DNA of 64,000 bases from Marsupella aquatica. Lineage: Eukaryota; Plantae; Marchantiophyta. The stretch is taken from contig OZ316893.1 in assembly GCA_973895155.1 (NCBI GenBank), positions 15,034,645 through 15,098,644 of the forward strand, in the 5' to 3' direction. Below, in pieces: positions 13,231-26,695 of the stretch. The notes below the pieces were generated by a model. The model was not told the origin of the DNA. It ran no database searches and worked only from the letters and a program-made list of their open reading frames with translations. Made by a program: the position numbers and the translations under genes. Numbering within the stretch: position 1 is the stretch's first letter; each line of letters opens with the position of its first letter.

Positions 13231-15343
13231 GTACCATCTAGAAGAGGCTTGATCAGAGCGCAGTACTGAGACCTACACCAAGGGATTACACACTCGTATG
13301 GTCAGGGTGAGGTTGAGGGTAGGAAGGATGGATAACGATAGTTTTTGGGCATGGAGATTGCAGTGCAGGCGGATTGGGACATTCGTCATTTCTCCAACTA
13401 GGTAAGCTCATTGTGCGCCACCGTTTCGAGATGTTACCACGGAAATCTCACCACTAGAATCCTAGGTGGCACAAGTGCAGGACCTCAGCAGATCTAAGGA
13501 TTCGAGTGTTCCAAGTTTTGTGGGATTTGTGTTTTGATACTATAGAGTTACGAGTGGTTCGATGCCAACAGGACAAACGATTGCTAGGGGTAAAGGTGAC
13601 GACGTTGTGAATGCGAACTTGGCCATCGTCAATTAGAATATTAGAAAGCACAAAAGAGTACTGCTCCTTCTGGATCGGAAGTGCAAAATTCAGGAAGAAG
13701 TTCCTCTTGCCGTGCAGCTTACTAGCGGTGGTCATAATTTTTCCTCCCAGTCATCCAGGATTGCAAGATTTGAGCAATTGCATTTCTAACACTTATCGAG
13801 AGGAGTGCAAAGAACTCTGAAAGAGCCAACTGAAAATGCCTGAACATACTCATCTGCTCGGTAAGAATTTTACCGCATTGATAACGACAGTAGATGAGCT
13901 TGCTGAATGTAATGATGATAAAGCCCTTCGCGATCGAAACATAAGGATGAGATGGAAACCACGAGCGACTACGCAAAGACAGAAAAACCTAATCTCCTCA
14001 ACAAGTACGTCAGTAGATGCCGTGCAAGGGGCAATGACCTGTTCCTTGTGTACATTTGCATGCTATCCTCAAGTCCTGAGCGATTTTTCTATTTGTAATC
14101 CTTTATTTTGAGCAATGGTATGGTAAGCAAATTTAAAATGTTGAGACTTTCCACGGCACCAACGGGACACGCTGTCCAAGGTATTCACAAACGGTAAAAC
14201 AGGAATGAAAAGGTAAATTAGAAACAAAGCGAAGTTCCTCAAGGGATAGCGAGAAACTCTACTCAGAAAGACATTTTATTCGTAAATATAGCTCCGCAAC
14301 AAATGACTACTCAGAACACCGCCTTTAGTTCTAATCTACTCGGAAAACAGCATCTTAATTTGGAATTTTAGAGACGGGTGGGAAAATTTGAATAGGGCTT
14401 CAAATCTAGTAATGAACTCCCACCAGGGCATTTTCCACAAACAAAGCCACCGGGCGCTTATTTGGGACGATGCCCTCCTGAGAAAACATTCCTGAACATA
14501 TTCGACGCAGGAGACTGCGGGAGTACTGGTATCCTTCGACAAGCAACCTGGGTCACGAAGAACTCCCTACACAACTTTGGAGATCATGGCAGGACACAAA
14601 GTTCCCCCTTATAAAGTCATTGTCTCAGTCTGCACATCAATGGTAACCCTAAGCACAACCACTAAGAAATGAACCTAACATAACCTTTCTGCCACAAATT
14701 AAATTCCTCATAATCTTAAAGTATTCACTCGGAGGACAGGAAAACTGAAACACAAAATCCCCATCTCACTCAATACCGGCGGAACACAGCTTCCCAGACC
14801 CTGGACATGGGACATGGGTTTGCTGGATCTCGAAGCAGCCAGTAATGCCTACACATTCTAGATGTAGAGATATGAAGGTAATCTAGACAGACAGAAATTC
14901 ATGCCTGGCATTCCAGCCAATAGGGATACCTCCCTCACAGCTGTGGTCAAATTCATGTCAAGAGCAAGATAGTGGTTTACGTGCTGAGCCACTTCAACTA
15001 ATCAAAAAATTGTCTGTTTCCCACCAAGATTATGGCTAGCTCTGTAGTCATCTTTACTTCCAATCAGTCCACAATCGATGGACAACGGAAACAGTAAGAA
15101 CACCTGACTAATGAATTTTATCAGAGCCCTCTGTTGAACTGTAAATTTCTGATGTTGAAGTTGTTGCAGTAGCAATCCACTATCACGATGGCGGTGCTTT
15201 GCAGAACTCTAACAGAGGGCAGTATGCAAACATTTTTAAAAAGTACCATCCTTCCAAACCACATCCATAGCTTATAGAATTCGATGGCCATAGAATCCAA
15301 AATTGGATGACGCTCCTAAACTTAGATCTTGAAAAAAATCCAT

Positions 15344-18300
15344 TCATGCTGAACCTGTTGCAACGGCTGCTGGAGGTGGGACAGGAGCTGACTGAGCTGG
15401 GCCATTCGGATGGCCATTGTAACCACCCTGGTATCCTCTTGGACCTCGTCCACCTCGGCCACCACCACCATAGTAGTTCTGGTTCCGCGGGTAGAACTCT
15501 CGTGCCTGACCACCCTGACCTCCTTGGTCATAAAACTGACGGTCACCCCTACCACCGTTAGGATAGCCACCTCGTCCACCTCGACCTCCCCGGCCATTCG
15601 GGAAACCTCCCCTCCCTCGACCTCCTTGATAGCCCATTCTACCCCTTGAGTTTTGATATCCTCCACCTCTGGGTCCGCCCCCATAATAGCCTTGATTTTG
15701 TGGCTGAGTTTGTTGAACAGGCACAGATTGGGTATTCTCATGCTCTTGCTCAGGTACGGCATCGGTGTCAGGTGTTTCCTGACTGCTATCGTCGTGTGAA
15801 CCAAACTGTGACATAAACCACCATAACTACTGATTAATTTGAGAAGATGATCACAACACTAACCTCTTTCAGGATTCAGGGTCCAAATTTGAGACAAGAA
15901 TATCACTTAAGCCCTACATGCCTCCCTAACGATACCTTGACGACTGAAAATTAAGGCTGTCGCATTCATACCTGCCTCACCTTTCAGCTATATGATCTTA
16001 ACGAAACATATCAACTTCTACGGAAACAACTTGTACGTCAAATCGACCATTTGGACCAAATCTTCATGGCCAATGAAGTTTAGAATGCATTCTGATTGTG
16101 AACGACATTTAAACGATTTCAGACAGAAAATCAACAAAAGCATTGCTCAGATAACGGCATAGAGTTTGACATCAATTAGCGGATGTACCTGAGGTACGTC
16201 CATAGCTTGACCGAGCGTCTCTGGAACAAAGGGAGGAGTATTCGCCACAGCAATAAGAGGACTGGGCACAGGTATCCCGTTTGCGACAACCAGTGATACT
16301 GCAGGTATGAACTCCCTGGCTTGATAGTACTGTGCAGGTGCAGCTCCGTCCTGCCAAATGATAGATCGTATGCAAGGTCAAATGTAAGGACAAATGTTCC
16401 AGGTACTGGCACATGCACGGGAGAACAAGCACTATAGAATCCGAGAACTGCGCTCCAATATCTGTAGGATTAGTGCAACACACCAGAAAGCATGACACTG
16501 CTATTACTTCGCTTCGAGAATCAGCCACAACATACTTCTGTTCAGATGACTTTATACAACAACCCCACATTCAGGAAATATGGGTAAGAGATGAATAGAT
16601 CTCCTTGCGGATAAGGTCAGGAAATCACCTAACAATAATACCACTCACCGACACAAAAATTCAGTGCCTAGAACATCAATAAGCTCGAACAGAAATTCCT
16701 TGAGAACTCCAAGGGGAAATCCTTGAGCAAGTTGTCTCATCAATAACGATTGGCATAGCAATGTAAGAGGAGGAGGGTCTTCCCTGCAACCAGAAGGACA
16801 ACGTACTACTAGGTTGAACTAAAACGGTACCTGATGATAGACACTGTCGTCGATGACAACTTCGCTGCTGATGGTGGTCATCATAGGGGACTCAGGAATG
16901 AACCCCTTCGTTACGTACTGACCAGCAGCAGTCGCAGCAGCGGCTGCTGTTTGTTGACTAACAGTGGTAATCTCCGGGGTCATCGTAAAGTACTCAGATG
17001 CCAAAATTCTATTCAGTCTCTCCCTTAGTCCTGAATCTGATTGGTAAGTCAAGGATCTCATTTTCATTGAAGCAGGTATACAGGATTACTTGTACGTAGA
17101 GAAACACTCAAGTGCAGAAATATATGTCTTGGACATGTACTGAAAGAGACTCAGTCACACCCAGAAGTCGAATCACCATCGTTCCTTTTAAACCTAATAA
17201 GCACATCAAGCAGCTCCAGACTCTCAGTGCAGGAGATGACATTCCAGAGAACGCTTTCATCGCAATTGACATCAATCGCAGTGAAGCAGCCCCACTTGGG
17301 GTACGAGACCCATGACAGCATCCTCTTCAATCCACTTCAATCTTACGAAAGGGAAAAGTGGCTCTAGTGACTGACATCGCGGAAAAATGGAAAATCTTGA
17401 TCGGGCCGAGTACTCCCACGTCATGGGAGTACTCCATGCACTCTCTTCAAGAAAATATGCATTGCAACACATAAGTTCAGTAGTACAACGACTCCCGGAA
17501 AATAATATATTACGTAAGCCCTACCAATGCACAAGTAGTGATAAGATCTCAACATCGCCAGACGGAAATGATGGCATTCACGCCTGTAAGTTCTCCTCAA
17601 CACGAAATTCAGACGTGGGACCAGAAATCGACTTGAATTTCATTACAAGATTGCAAGGGGAGACCAAACAACAGCATTTGTAAACAGTCTTGGAGCGGAT
17701 CAAGTTACATTCGGAAAACCTAAATTGAGCAAGGAAGAGCGATAACCACGAAACGAACAAGAGGATACATGAAATAGGAAGCTCCGCATGAGACTCTCCA
17801 ATGAGGTTCTCGGAAGCAGCTAACCAAGCCTTGGCGTGTTCTACGCATTTCTCCAACGCCTCCTTGTGCGAGAGGGTCACATTGGGAGGCCTTGTGGTGA
17901 GCATCGAGCCGAATATCGACAAGGCATCCAGATCACCTTCAATCAAGGGTGTCGTGGCATCGTCGCGGACGAAGTCGTATGACAGGCAAGAGCTTCTTTC
18001 GTGTACCTTCGTCCAAACAAAAGAGGAAGGAGTCTCCCCCGGTGACCGCACATCGAACAGCTGAGAGAAGTAAAGCAGCGTCAAGAGGTCCGCAATCTGC
18101 GCATCTGTCATGCCCAAACTCGGCAAACTCCCATCTTCCTGGTCCGCAACTTGGGCGTGAGATTCGTCATCCGCCACTTCTCCGTCTTGCAACTCAGCTG
18201 CCCCATTCGCAAACCCGTTGGCAGCCTCTTCCGGATCCTGAGAAGGTTCTTCCGCATTTGCAATCCCTTCCTGCTCCGCCTCTGTCAGCAAAGCAGCGCC

Positions 18301-18660
18301 TTCTTTACCTTCTTTCTCATCGGCCACGCTTGTCTCCTCATCTTGACGCTCGAGAGACGCCGCCAAGAGCTCTTTCTCCCTCTCAGCAACCTCCTCTTTG
18401 ACAGCCACCAACAGCGGCTGCCGCAGCTTCTCGTACTCGTCGATGAGAGCCGCAATGGCAATCTTAGTTTTTAACACTTCCTCCTGCTCCTTATTGACAG
18501 TCTTCCCTTGCGCCTTATTCTCCTCTATTTGCAAAATCCTATTGTACTTTTTTCTTAAAGCTCTTAATCTCTTGCTCATCATAGTCAAGACGGGCCCATC
18601 CTTGGGTCCTCCGGTGTTCGCATACCCCTCATCGGCGTGCGCTCCCTCGAGTCCAGCCAT
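15344..18660 (-). CDS. Caprin-like glycine/RGG-rich protein (AT1G27090 family), 4 exons, 573 aa
   Basis: Exons 18660-17769, 17036-16831, 16350-16189 and 15805-15344 join in frame at GT-AG sites (1722 nt). N-terminal DGPVLTMMSKRLRALRKKYNRILQIEE...NKEQEEVL coiled coil; HERSSCLSYDFV; ASEYFT; C-terminal RGG/YGG repeats. Confidence 0.9.
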
Positions 18661-20204
18661 TAATCGCTCTCCTCTCCGCTCCTTCCTACCCGCCTGCCCG
18701 CCACTCCCCTCCCTTTCAAAGCTCCTTGCCACCACCGCTCGACCAAACTCCTCCAAAACTCAAACTCTCATCGCATTACGCAGCAAAACCCTTCCCAACG
18801 CACGCAGAAACCCCTACTCACCTCCTCCTCGTTCGTCCAAGCCCCTCCTAAATCCACACCACGCCACAGCTTCCGATTGCCCTCCAATCTTTTCGCTGCG
18901 ATCAGCTTTTTGCCGCAAAATCGTCGTCTCGATCGACTGAAATGGTCGGTCTCCGCCGAGTTCTAGTAGTCGTAGAGACAGAACCCCAGTGACCAAGCGA
19001 AACTGGAAGAGGGAAGCACTGGGTATCCTTTGAAGGCGTACTTGAAGGGACAACAGAGAGGGAGACTGAAAGACCGGCAGAGCGTCCCAAGCCCTAATTC
19101 CAAAACTGCATATGACTGTGTGCAATGGATTAGCGGGCTCAGAGAGGGGGCGGGAGGGGGGGGGTAGGAAAGGGGTTATCGTGCAAGTGCGACTCATGGA
19201 ACCAAGCAGATCCCGCCACCCTCAATTCGAAGGAGAGACCGTTCTCAATTCACGCTTTTGTTGGAAAATAAAAGTATATTCCATTGTTTATTGTTTGACA
19301 CTTTTGTTGATTCTATGATTGTCCTTGTTTTTTTTTACTTCTTTTACTTCTTGGATCCTTTGGGCTTTGCCTCGCTTGGCCAGCTGCCTGCTCAATGTAT
19401 GGTGTTACCCTTAATGTGACTTGGCGTGATCGTTCAAGACAAAAATGTAAATGGCATTTCTATACATGTCGAAACCACGTCCCTTACCAAAACGGATTGG
19501 TGGTGGTGGGGCTGGGGGATTCCAAAAGATGACTAATCGTAAAAGGAGCGCATATATTCCCTGAGAGATCCAACCTGGGCTAGGCTGGCTGGACTGTGGG
19601 CCTCGCATGACATCTCCTTCTCAATTTAGGGATAAAGAATCTACTTTCCATCGATAAGCTTTTAATGAAAGCAATCCTTCAAACTTTAACTGGTTCCGCA
19701 TTCAAATTTTTAAAAACCAAAAAGATATTGTTATTTCTGCCATAGACGTACCTAGTGACTTTTAGGCTCAGATGAGATCAAAATCTTTGAAAGTATGCCC
19801 GGATTAACAATAAAGAAATGAAGAAAGGCAAGCTTTGGTACCTCATAACATTGAAATGTCATTTAAAGGCCATTCAATACTCAGTCACATGTCAGGTGGG
19901 TTCCACTAGCTACATGGTGGTGCCCAGTAACCAAACGCATTATGACAGTGGGTACTAAGGATTTTCAAATCCAGACCACTGAGAGGTGAGACATGCTGTA
20001 TTGGATGATTGAATCCCAGCTAGCGTTTGTGCCCTATATGATTATCAATGGATTTTGGTTTTCGGGTAAAAAATCAAATAACTAAGAGCTGTCTCAAGGT
20101 GGCTTTACAAGAGGTTGGGGGCAGTTTTTGGAATACAGTCAACTAAATCCATTCTTGCAAAGGTGGATTGGCCATATAGTATATAGGTGTGTTCCCCGGC
20201 TATT

Positions 20205-20630
20205 TAACCTCAAAAGATCAAAAGGGCTCCAGGTTTGGCAACTTCCCACGTTTAAGTGCACAACTAAACTCGTTACCCTGAGCCTAGACAAACATTCTTA
20301 AAGCGATCATTAAAATTCTGATGACCCTATCATGTATTTTGTTAGTTTTGTCCTATTCATCTTGCTACCATAAAGAATGACCATTAAACCTCCAAAGACT
20401 ACAGAAAGGCCTCCAGGTTCTGCAACTTCCCACGTTCAATTGCACAATTACATTTATTTTCTGAAAACCTGAGGGGGGAAAACGAACATCCTAACAGCTA
20501 TCATGGAAAATCCGATTGACCCTGTGGAGAATTTTGTTGGTCTTTTTCTGTTCATCGTGCCGGTACAAGAATGACCACTTCACCTGCATAGATTAAAGAA
20601 AGGCCTCCAGGTTTGGCAACTTCCCCAGTC
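20205..20630. repeat. Imperfect ~185-190-bp tandem triplication
   Basis: aaagg(g/c)ctccaggtt(tg/ct)gcaacttccc occurs at ~20221, ~20406 and ~20598; aagaatgacca at ~20373 and ~20567. Confidence 0.75.
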
Positions 20631-21253
20631 AAATGATTTCCTACGCTGTCAGAAAATAGAGCAGCCAAGGCGCCTAGGACTGTCGTAGCTGCAGGTAACA
20701 GATGACTTGCAGTCATGAGCTTGGAAATATTTTCGTCCTGTATACTTGCGCCGATCCTTCGGAACTTACCATGACTATTTCCCAGAGCAAATTGTCTAAA
20801 GCTGTGCAAATTTGGCTGGCAGGCAACAAGATGTCAAGCTAAAGCAACTCGATCAACTGCTATGAATGAAAGCCGGATCAAATTTCTTTCAAAACCTCGA
20901 GTGCGAGGAAAACCAAGGTTGCCATGCACGGGATAATGCTAGCAAACCAAACTTGGGCAGCCTTGCAAGAATCCCTCTCGTTCATTCACTTTGTGATGAA
21001 TTGTTAAAAGATAAGCCGGAAGGTTCATAACTAAACACGGGCTAAAATGCAAAACTCAAAGGTTGATAATCTCAAGCAAGAGCTATGATACAAGATCAAA
21101 TCAACTTTGTTCCGTTCTTTCATGTACAATATATAAATCAGTAACTACCCTTCTTGCTATCACCGCCTAGACCAAAACTTTTTGTTCAATAGAACGAAGC
21201 TGCTGGTCACATGGCAGTTTCCCTGACTCAAAGCTACTACAAGTTGCAAGGCT

Positions 21254-24032
21254 TCAACGCCGCATGAGCCGGCTGCGTTCCCTCTTGCGAAACCGTTCTA
21301 GCATGATCTCATCTGTGGCAGCTTGTCGCCTATTGCCCATGTCTCTTCCTCCTTCTGGAAGGGATTCTACTGCTCCGCGTCCAGCACCTTGCCCTTCTCT
21401 GTTGTCTTTATACAATTCAGGATGATCTGATAGACACGAGATGATGTCAAGTCAGTGTGCTGAACAGCTCGATATACTCCTAAGTTTCAATAAAGGATAC
21501 CACGGAATAAGCAGCACTATCACCCAAAAGGTGAGGAAGTTATACCTACTAACAGGCGAAAAGTGAGGAAGTTACTTTGTCTTTCTAGGGGACCCAGAAG
21601 TGACTCACCTCGTCTAAGCTTCTCAGCGTACTCACGACCTCGCTGGAAGTAATCTGCACTATAACTTGCAGGTATCGTGGATTGAACCCTGTCAAGATAG
21701 TCAGCGTTAAAACAGCATTCACATTGCAAATATGATGAATGCAAAAAGTCTTTTGTGTAGGGCTACAAAAATTTCAGAGTGAAGGAAACCTGCTACACTT
21801 AAACTGAATAACCTACTCATTGCCTCGGCACATATCTGCCCAAATCAAAGCCAGGTGTCGAACTCTGTTTCGCGGTTTCTGCAGATTACCGCTTAAACAG
21901 GGAGAAACTCTTTCATGATCAACAGGCGGAAAGTCAAGATACATAGAAATCAGACGATCGGATCATACCTTCCTCTACCAACAAAAGGCCTTTTATCTTG
22001 CAACTGTTTCTTGGCTGCCTCTGTTTCTTCTATATTCTTCAATTTATACCTGGTTCAAATATTTCCGAAAAAAAATAAGTTAGAGCTCTAACGACTTACT
22101 AACTCCAACAGAACTATGCTGATTAAACGATTCCTCACACTTGAAAGGGGTCTAGGGTTCTAGACGTACTCTATAGGTAACTGAACTTCTGCAATACCGG
22201 TTGTCCATTGTGTCGAACTTTCTTCGGCATTTCTCCTCCTCACCTGGGAAAAGTCCAAGGACATTACTGATTCCAGGACCATCACTGATTATTGCTGATT
22301 CCAAGACCAGGAACATGCCCGTACCGTACTCATTGTGCCATGCAATAGCCGTGCAACCCTAGACGCTGCGAGCGGGACAAACGGAACTAATATCGGGGAA
22401 GGAAATAATACATGTCCATTCAACAAACGCAAAATTCTAAAACTCCGCACAAAATAAGCTTTAAAGCTGCTGTAGCTGTCTGAAGCATGGTACATCATGA
22501 GATATTGATTCCATCCACCCTAGTCATAGGTCATATTTCAAAGAAGACTGCAATGAATGCTTCCCATTCCATACCTTCAGGTGCTCAGGAATTATGTAAA
22601 GTTCATCTTCAGCTGGCTTTACTTCCTCAACTGGCTTCCCAGAATCTTTTCCTCGTTGCTTAGCAAGTTCTAACTCCACATACTTTAACCTGTTTCAGGT
22701 TAATTCAGTTCCTGACCTCACATGTAGAATTATTTCAGATATAGCTTGCAAGACAGTGTGACAAATTAGGAAGTAACCCAGAAGGTAAAATATCTGGAAT
22801 CTGAACGCCAAACTTAAGCATCTCATCCAGAACAAAACAGAGATCGACAGTCCATTAAAAGCTAGCAAAAGTACATGTTAGGGTCTTCAACAGTAACTGC
22901 TGTTTCTTGAGCAAAGGTGTCCTGCAAGACCAGCTCCTCCTTCTCTCCCTCAGGTTCCTGCTTTTCTTGCGCGTTCGACGCTGCCTTGTCTCCGGACGGG
23001 GAGGCGACGTTGACCTCTACACCAGCTGGCCTTCCCCTCTGCTTCTGTAGAAATTTGATTTCTTCCAAAGCAGATCTGCGGGACAGCATTTTATGCACAG
23101 CTATCTGAGAATTTTGCAACTATGTACGATCATCTAGAGAGGTCGATCATCTAGAGATGACATGACACAGATTTCCGACGTGCCGATTGTAATACCATCC
23201 GATTGAGAGTAAAGTTCTAGTTAGTCTGAACAACTTCACTACCCTCAAGCACCGAACCTAAACGACGCAAGCTCGCAATTAAAGTCGTCGATTGGCATTT
23301 ATACCTGATTGGAATGTAGGAGAACTGTTAAATGCCATTATTTCGGAAAGTGAATGTAAACCACACGTAGATGAGTAGTGAAGTACCTTCAGAACACTGC
23401 TAACACAGCACGGGGAAGGTTAAACCTAAGAAGATGGTCACCTGGGATGAGATTCAATAAGAGAAATAGGGTAATGGGCGGGAGAGGATGACATAAAATC
23501 ATCAGAGTTCAATGTTCAGATCGATCTTTTCAGAGTTCAGTCTCACTGTTCCGTCGTCTCTTTCCATCTCTTCAGTTCATCTTGTGCATTAGCTGCGTTA
23601 CTTTCGTTCCAAATGGCACACATCCTGTAATTTTAGCCTATGTCCTAGTTGGACCTCCCCCGGGTTCATGTGCCATTCTTTCTCTCCACATAAAATTCAT
23701 TTCGTCTCGTTCTGCCTCTTCGGTTCTTTACAGACGTCCTTCATTTATATCGAATAGGTTTCGTATACCTGTGGGGCCGTTTGGCCACGGTAGACGCCGC
23801 ATAGAGAGGCCATCAGCAAGAGAGTATGACGCAAGGTCATACCGATGACGGAAAATGTGAGTAACAGCCAGTTTTCTTCGGCTTCTAAAGCAGCGATAAA
23901 TACGAGCAAGCGAGGAGACACCTAGGAATTGTAGATGTAAGCAGAGCAAACTAACCTCATTTCATCATCATCAAGTGACTCCTCCCGATCCTCCGCCGGC
24001 CTCTTCCTAAAATTCTTCTGACGAACTCCCAT
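21254..24032 (-). CDS. CSU2: C9orf78/Tls1/HCA59-family splicing-associated protein (COP1 SUPPRESSOR 2 homologue), 7 exons
   Basis: Exons 24032-23956, 23075-22875, 22689-22575, 22243-22170, 22049-21969, 21688-21609 and 21426-21254, all GT-AG. Motifs QKNFRKR, LEEIKFLQKQR, DTFAQET...EDPNMLKYVE, WTTGIAEVQLPIEYKLKNIEETEAAK and ATDEIMLERFRKRE. Confidence 0.92.
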
Positions 24033-25204
24033 GGCTCTCTCTTTTCTCTCTCTCTATCTCAGAAATTGAATTGACACAGAAACTCCTCTCCTGACCCTAA
24101 TTCTCCAAGGCACGTGAGACAAACTTCATTCACCCGCAGTCGACTACTCCACAGCCTGTGAGGGCCATTCCTGAAGTACGGTAGGGACATCCAACTCCAT
24201 GATCACGAGCGAACTTCCAAGCGATGCGCAAAGTCCCCTGATGCTCAAAGCTCCACTAGCCAATGCACCCGAATGCAGTAGTCGAATGGCCGAACTCGAA
24301 CGACTGATCCTCAATGCATTAAAACTCGATGGCCTCCGAAGAACTCCCCCACACCCTTACCGACGGACTTCACCTCGACAACGTGTAAAGTGTAAAGTGT
24401 CTGTGAGGCGAGTACCATCGGCATGAACAAGCGAGAGTTAGACACCCTGTAAGATGGGGAAGCATGTGTCCGTCTCTAGGCATGCCCTCTCTAATTCCAC
24501 CTCGGGACATGATTGAGAGCCAACTCGCATGCGTGTGATCCACCACTTGTTATGCATTACTCAAAACTAGGCTCGTTACCGGTAGATATGAAGAACAAAA
24601 ATTATTATTTTATTTTATTTTTTGAATGTTATGCTATGTAAATCTCCTATTTATATATGCCCCATCCTTGTTTTTTTTCACCCTCACTTTGTCCTTATTT
24701 AGAGTCCAGTTTTGTTCCTTATTTGGAGTTCTGTAGAGAGGCTCTAGATCCTAGCCCTTGAAAGTAGCTCATGTGTGCATTTTTTAGTAAGATAACTGAC
24801 GTCCATATATCATTCAGTAAGATTTTCATGCCTAAGCCCCGCCTCAGGCTGGCCTGACTGCACATGATGAACCAATGCTAAAGCAGAAGGGAACTTTTGG
24901 AGGTTGCAGATTGTGTTGTCAATGAAGATCTGCTTTTTCCTGAAAGTTTCGAGTGCAAGGGGCTGACATCTTGAGGGTGTCCACATGCAGGTTGGCCCTC
25001 AGTGTGGCTTCACATAGCAGTCCTTGGAACTCATTCATTGACATTCACTACTTTGTCATAGTTTTGCCCCAGATGAATACTTTTTAGCTTATTTACTAGA
25101 ATGTTGGTTTTCCAACATCTACTAAGTGAACCAATGCAGGGCTACCTCACAATCATCTGATAGCCCAGATCATGCCAAATATCTGCATCCCTTGGCCAGG
25201 ACTT

Positions 25205-25289
25205 CCCTCTACAAATTGAAATCAAACCCATTTCCTCCAACTGAGGCCCTCTACAAATTGAAATCAAACCCATTTCCTCCAACTGAGGC
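25205..25289. repeat. 42-bp perfect tandem duplication
   Basis: ccctctacaaattgaaatcaaacccatttcctccaactgagg occurs twice in tandem. Confidence 0.9.
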
Positions 25290-26036
25290 AGAGCGGGAGG
25301 GAGGGGAGGTCTCATCATTCAATGCTGTTCATTTGTGCACAAAATGTGAAGGCAAGAGGTTATATGTCTTAGGTTTTCTGAATGCTACCTATAGTGCACA
25401 GATCTACGTCATGCCTTGGTACTGACATGGCCATCGGTTCCATTGTCCATGTCCCTGCCATGACTGCCAAGTCTGCGAGTCCACCATGTATATGTCAGTT
25501 TACAATTGGGGTTTCATTTGTCCATGTTAGGGCTGTAGTTGAATTTGCTTTCTTGTAGGGTGCTTTCTTGAGTTTTAGGTGTTCTTGACGTACAGCCATT
25601 TGTTAGCCTCCCAACTTTGGCTTCACCCACAACTAAGGTAGGGTTTTCCTCATTGCCCTCAGTTTTCTTGAATCTTTGTCAAGGCAATCAACATTTCAAG
25701 CCCCCCAACCCAAAGTGGGATTCACCAGGCCAATTGCACACAAAAGACTTGACTCTGAGCAAACTAGGAGGTCACTGTCTTAACACCTAAATGTAAATGG
25801 AAATCATGGGCAAGTGGGCAACATGTAAGAGGGACTCGAGCTAGGGGTTGTAACAAGTTAGTTTTTCAAGAACCTGAACCTTTACTTATGACTTTCTATT
25901 ACCAAAACAAATGGAGGGCCATTTCTTGTTTGAAAGATAGATTCCAAACCAAAAAAGATTTGAAATGAAGTTCTTTAGGTTTAAGTTTTGAGGGGCTATT
26001 ATTACATATATAATATGTTTTGGTAAGACCCTAATA

Positions 26037-26409
26037 GAGGGCCTCAATATTTGGGCTGAAAAAAATTGACGGCCACGGCCATCTGGCCATCCTTACGGTT
26101 ACGGGCAGGTCTCCCGTGAGCTCTCACTTAGGGACCCCCAATTTGAATCTGCGACCCGCACATGATGGGACTCTGGGCATTTTCAGAATTGAAAATGTCA
26201 GGCATAGAACTCGAATTCGGGCACTCTCGCCTTTGATTCCTCACAAGAGTAACTTCGCTTGAGGAACAGTCAGAAACCTCACTGAAAATGAGCATTTGTA
26301 GTTGTTGTGTATAGACCAGAGTCAGGGCTGCCCATGCTTTTTATGACCGCATCCGTGCCAGATCTGACACGGGCTCCCCTAAACGTCGGGCCTCAATATT
26401 GAGGCCCCC
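26037..26409. mobile_element. MITE, 373 bp
   Basis: TIRs gagggcctcaatatt / aatattgaggccccc. Flanking direct repeat TAATA at 26032-26036 and 26410-26414. Confidence 0.75.
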
Positions 26410-26695
26410 TAATACATTTCCAGATCTAGGAGATTGTTATATCTACCAATTGATTTTTATAGTTACTAATACTTCCATTCCTCTCATTAAACCATCACTA
26501 GTTGCACTCATTGCAAGGGCTCTAACTTTATTGTTTCCTAATAATTGTTGAACTTCACATGTAACATTAATTTCCTAACCTACTGCATTTTGCCCTTGAA
26601 CAACTAAAGAGTTATAAATATTAGTAAAAGTAGAGTATAATTTTCATGATATTTAAGCTATCCAAATCTTGGCTGTGCATTTTTATCTACAATTG

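Noticed and set aside
13454-14111. Cluster of short ORFs on both strands
   Set aside because: No recognisable motif or consistent exon chain.
17801-18940. Plus-strand ORFs up to 180 aa
   Set aside because: Antisense shadows of the Caprin-like exon 1.
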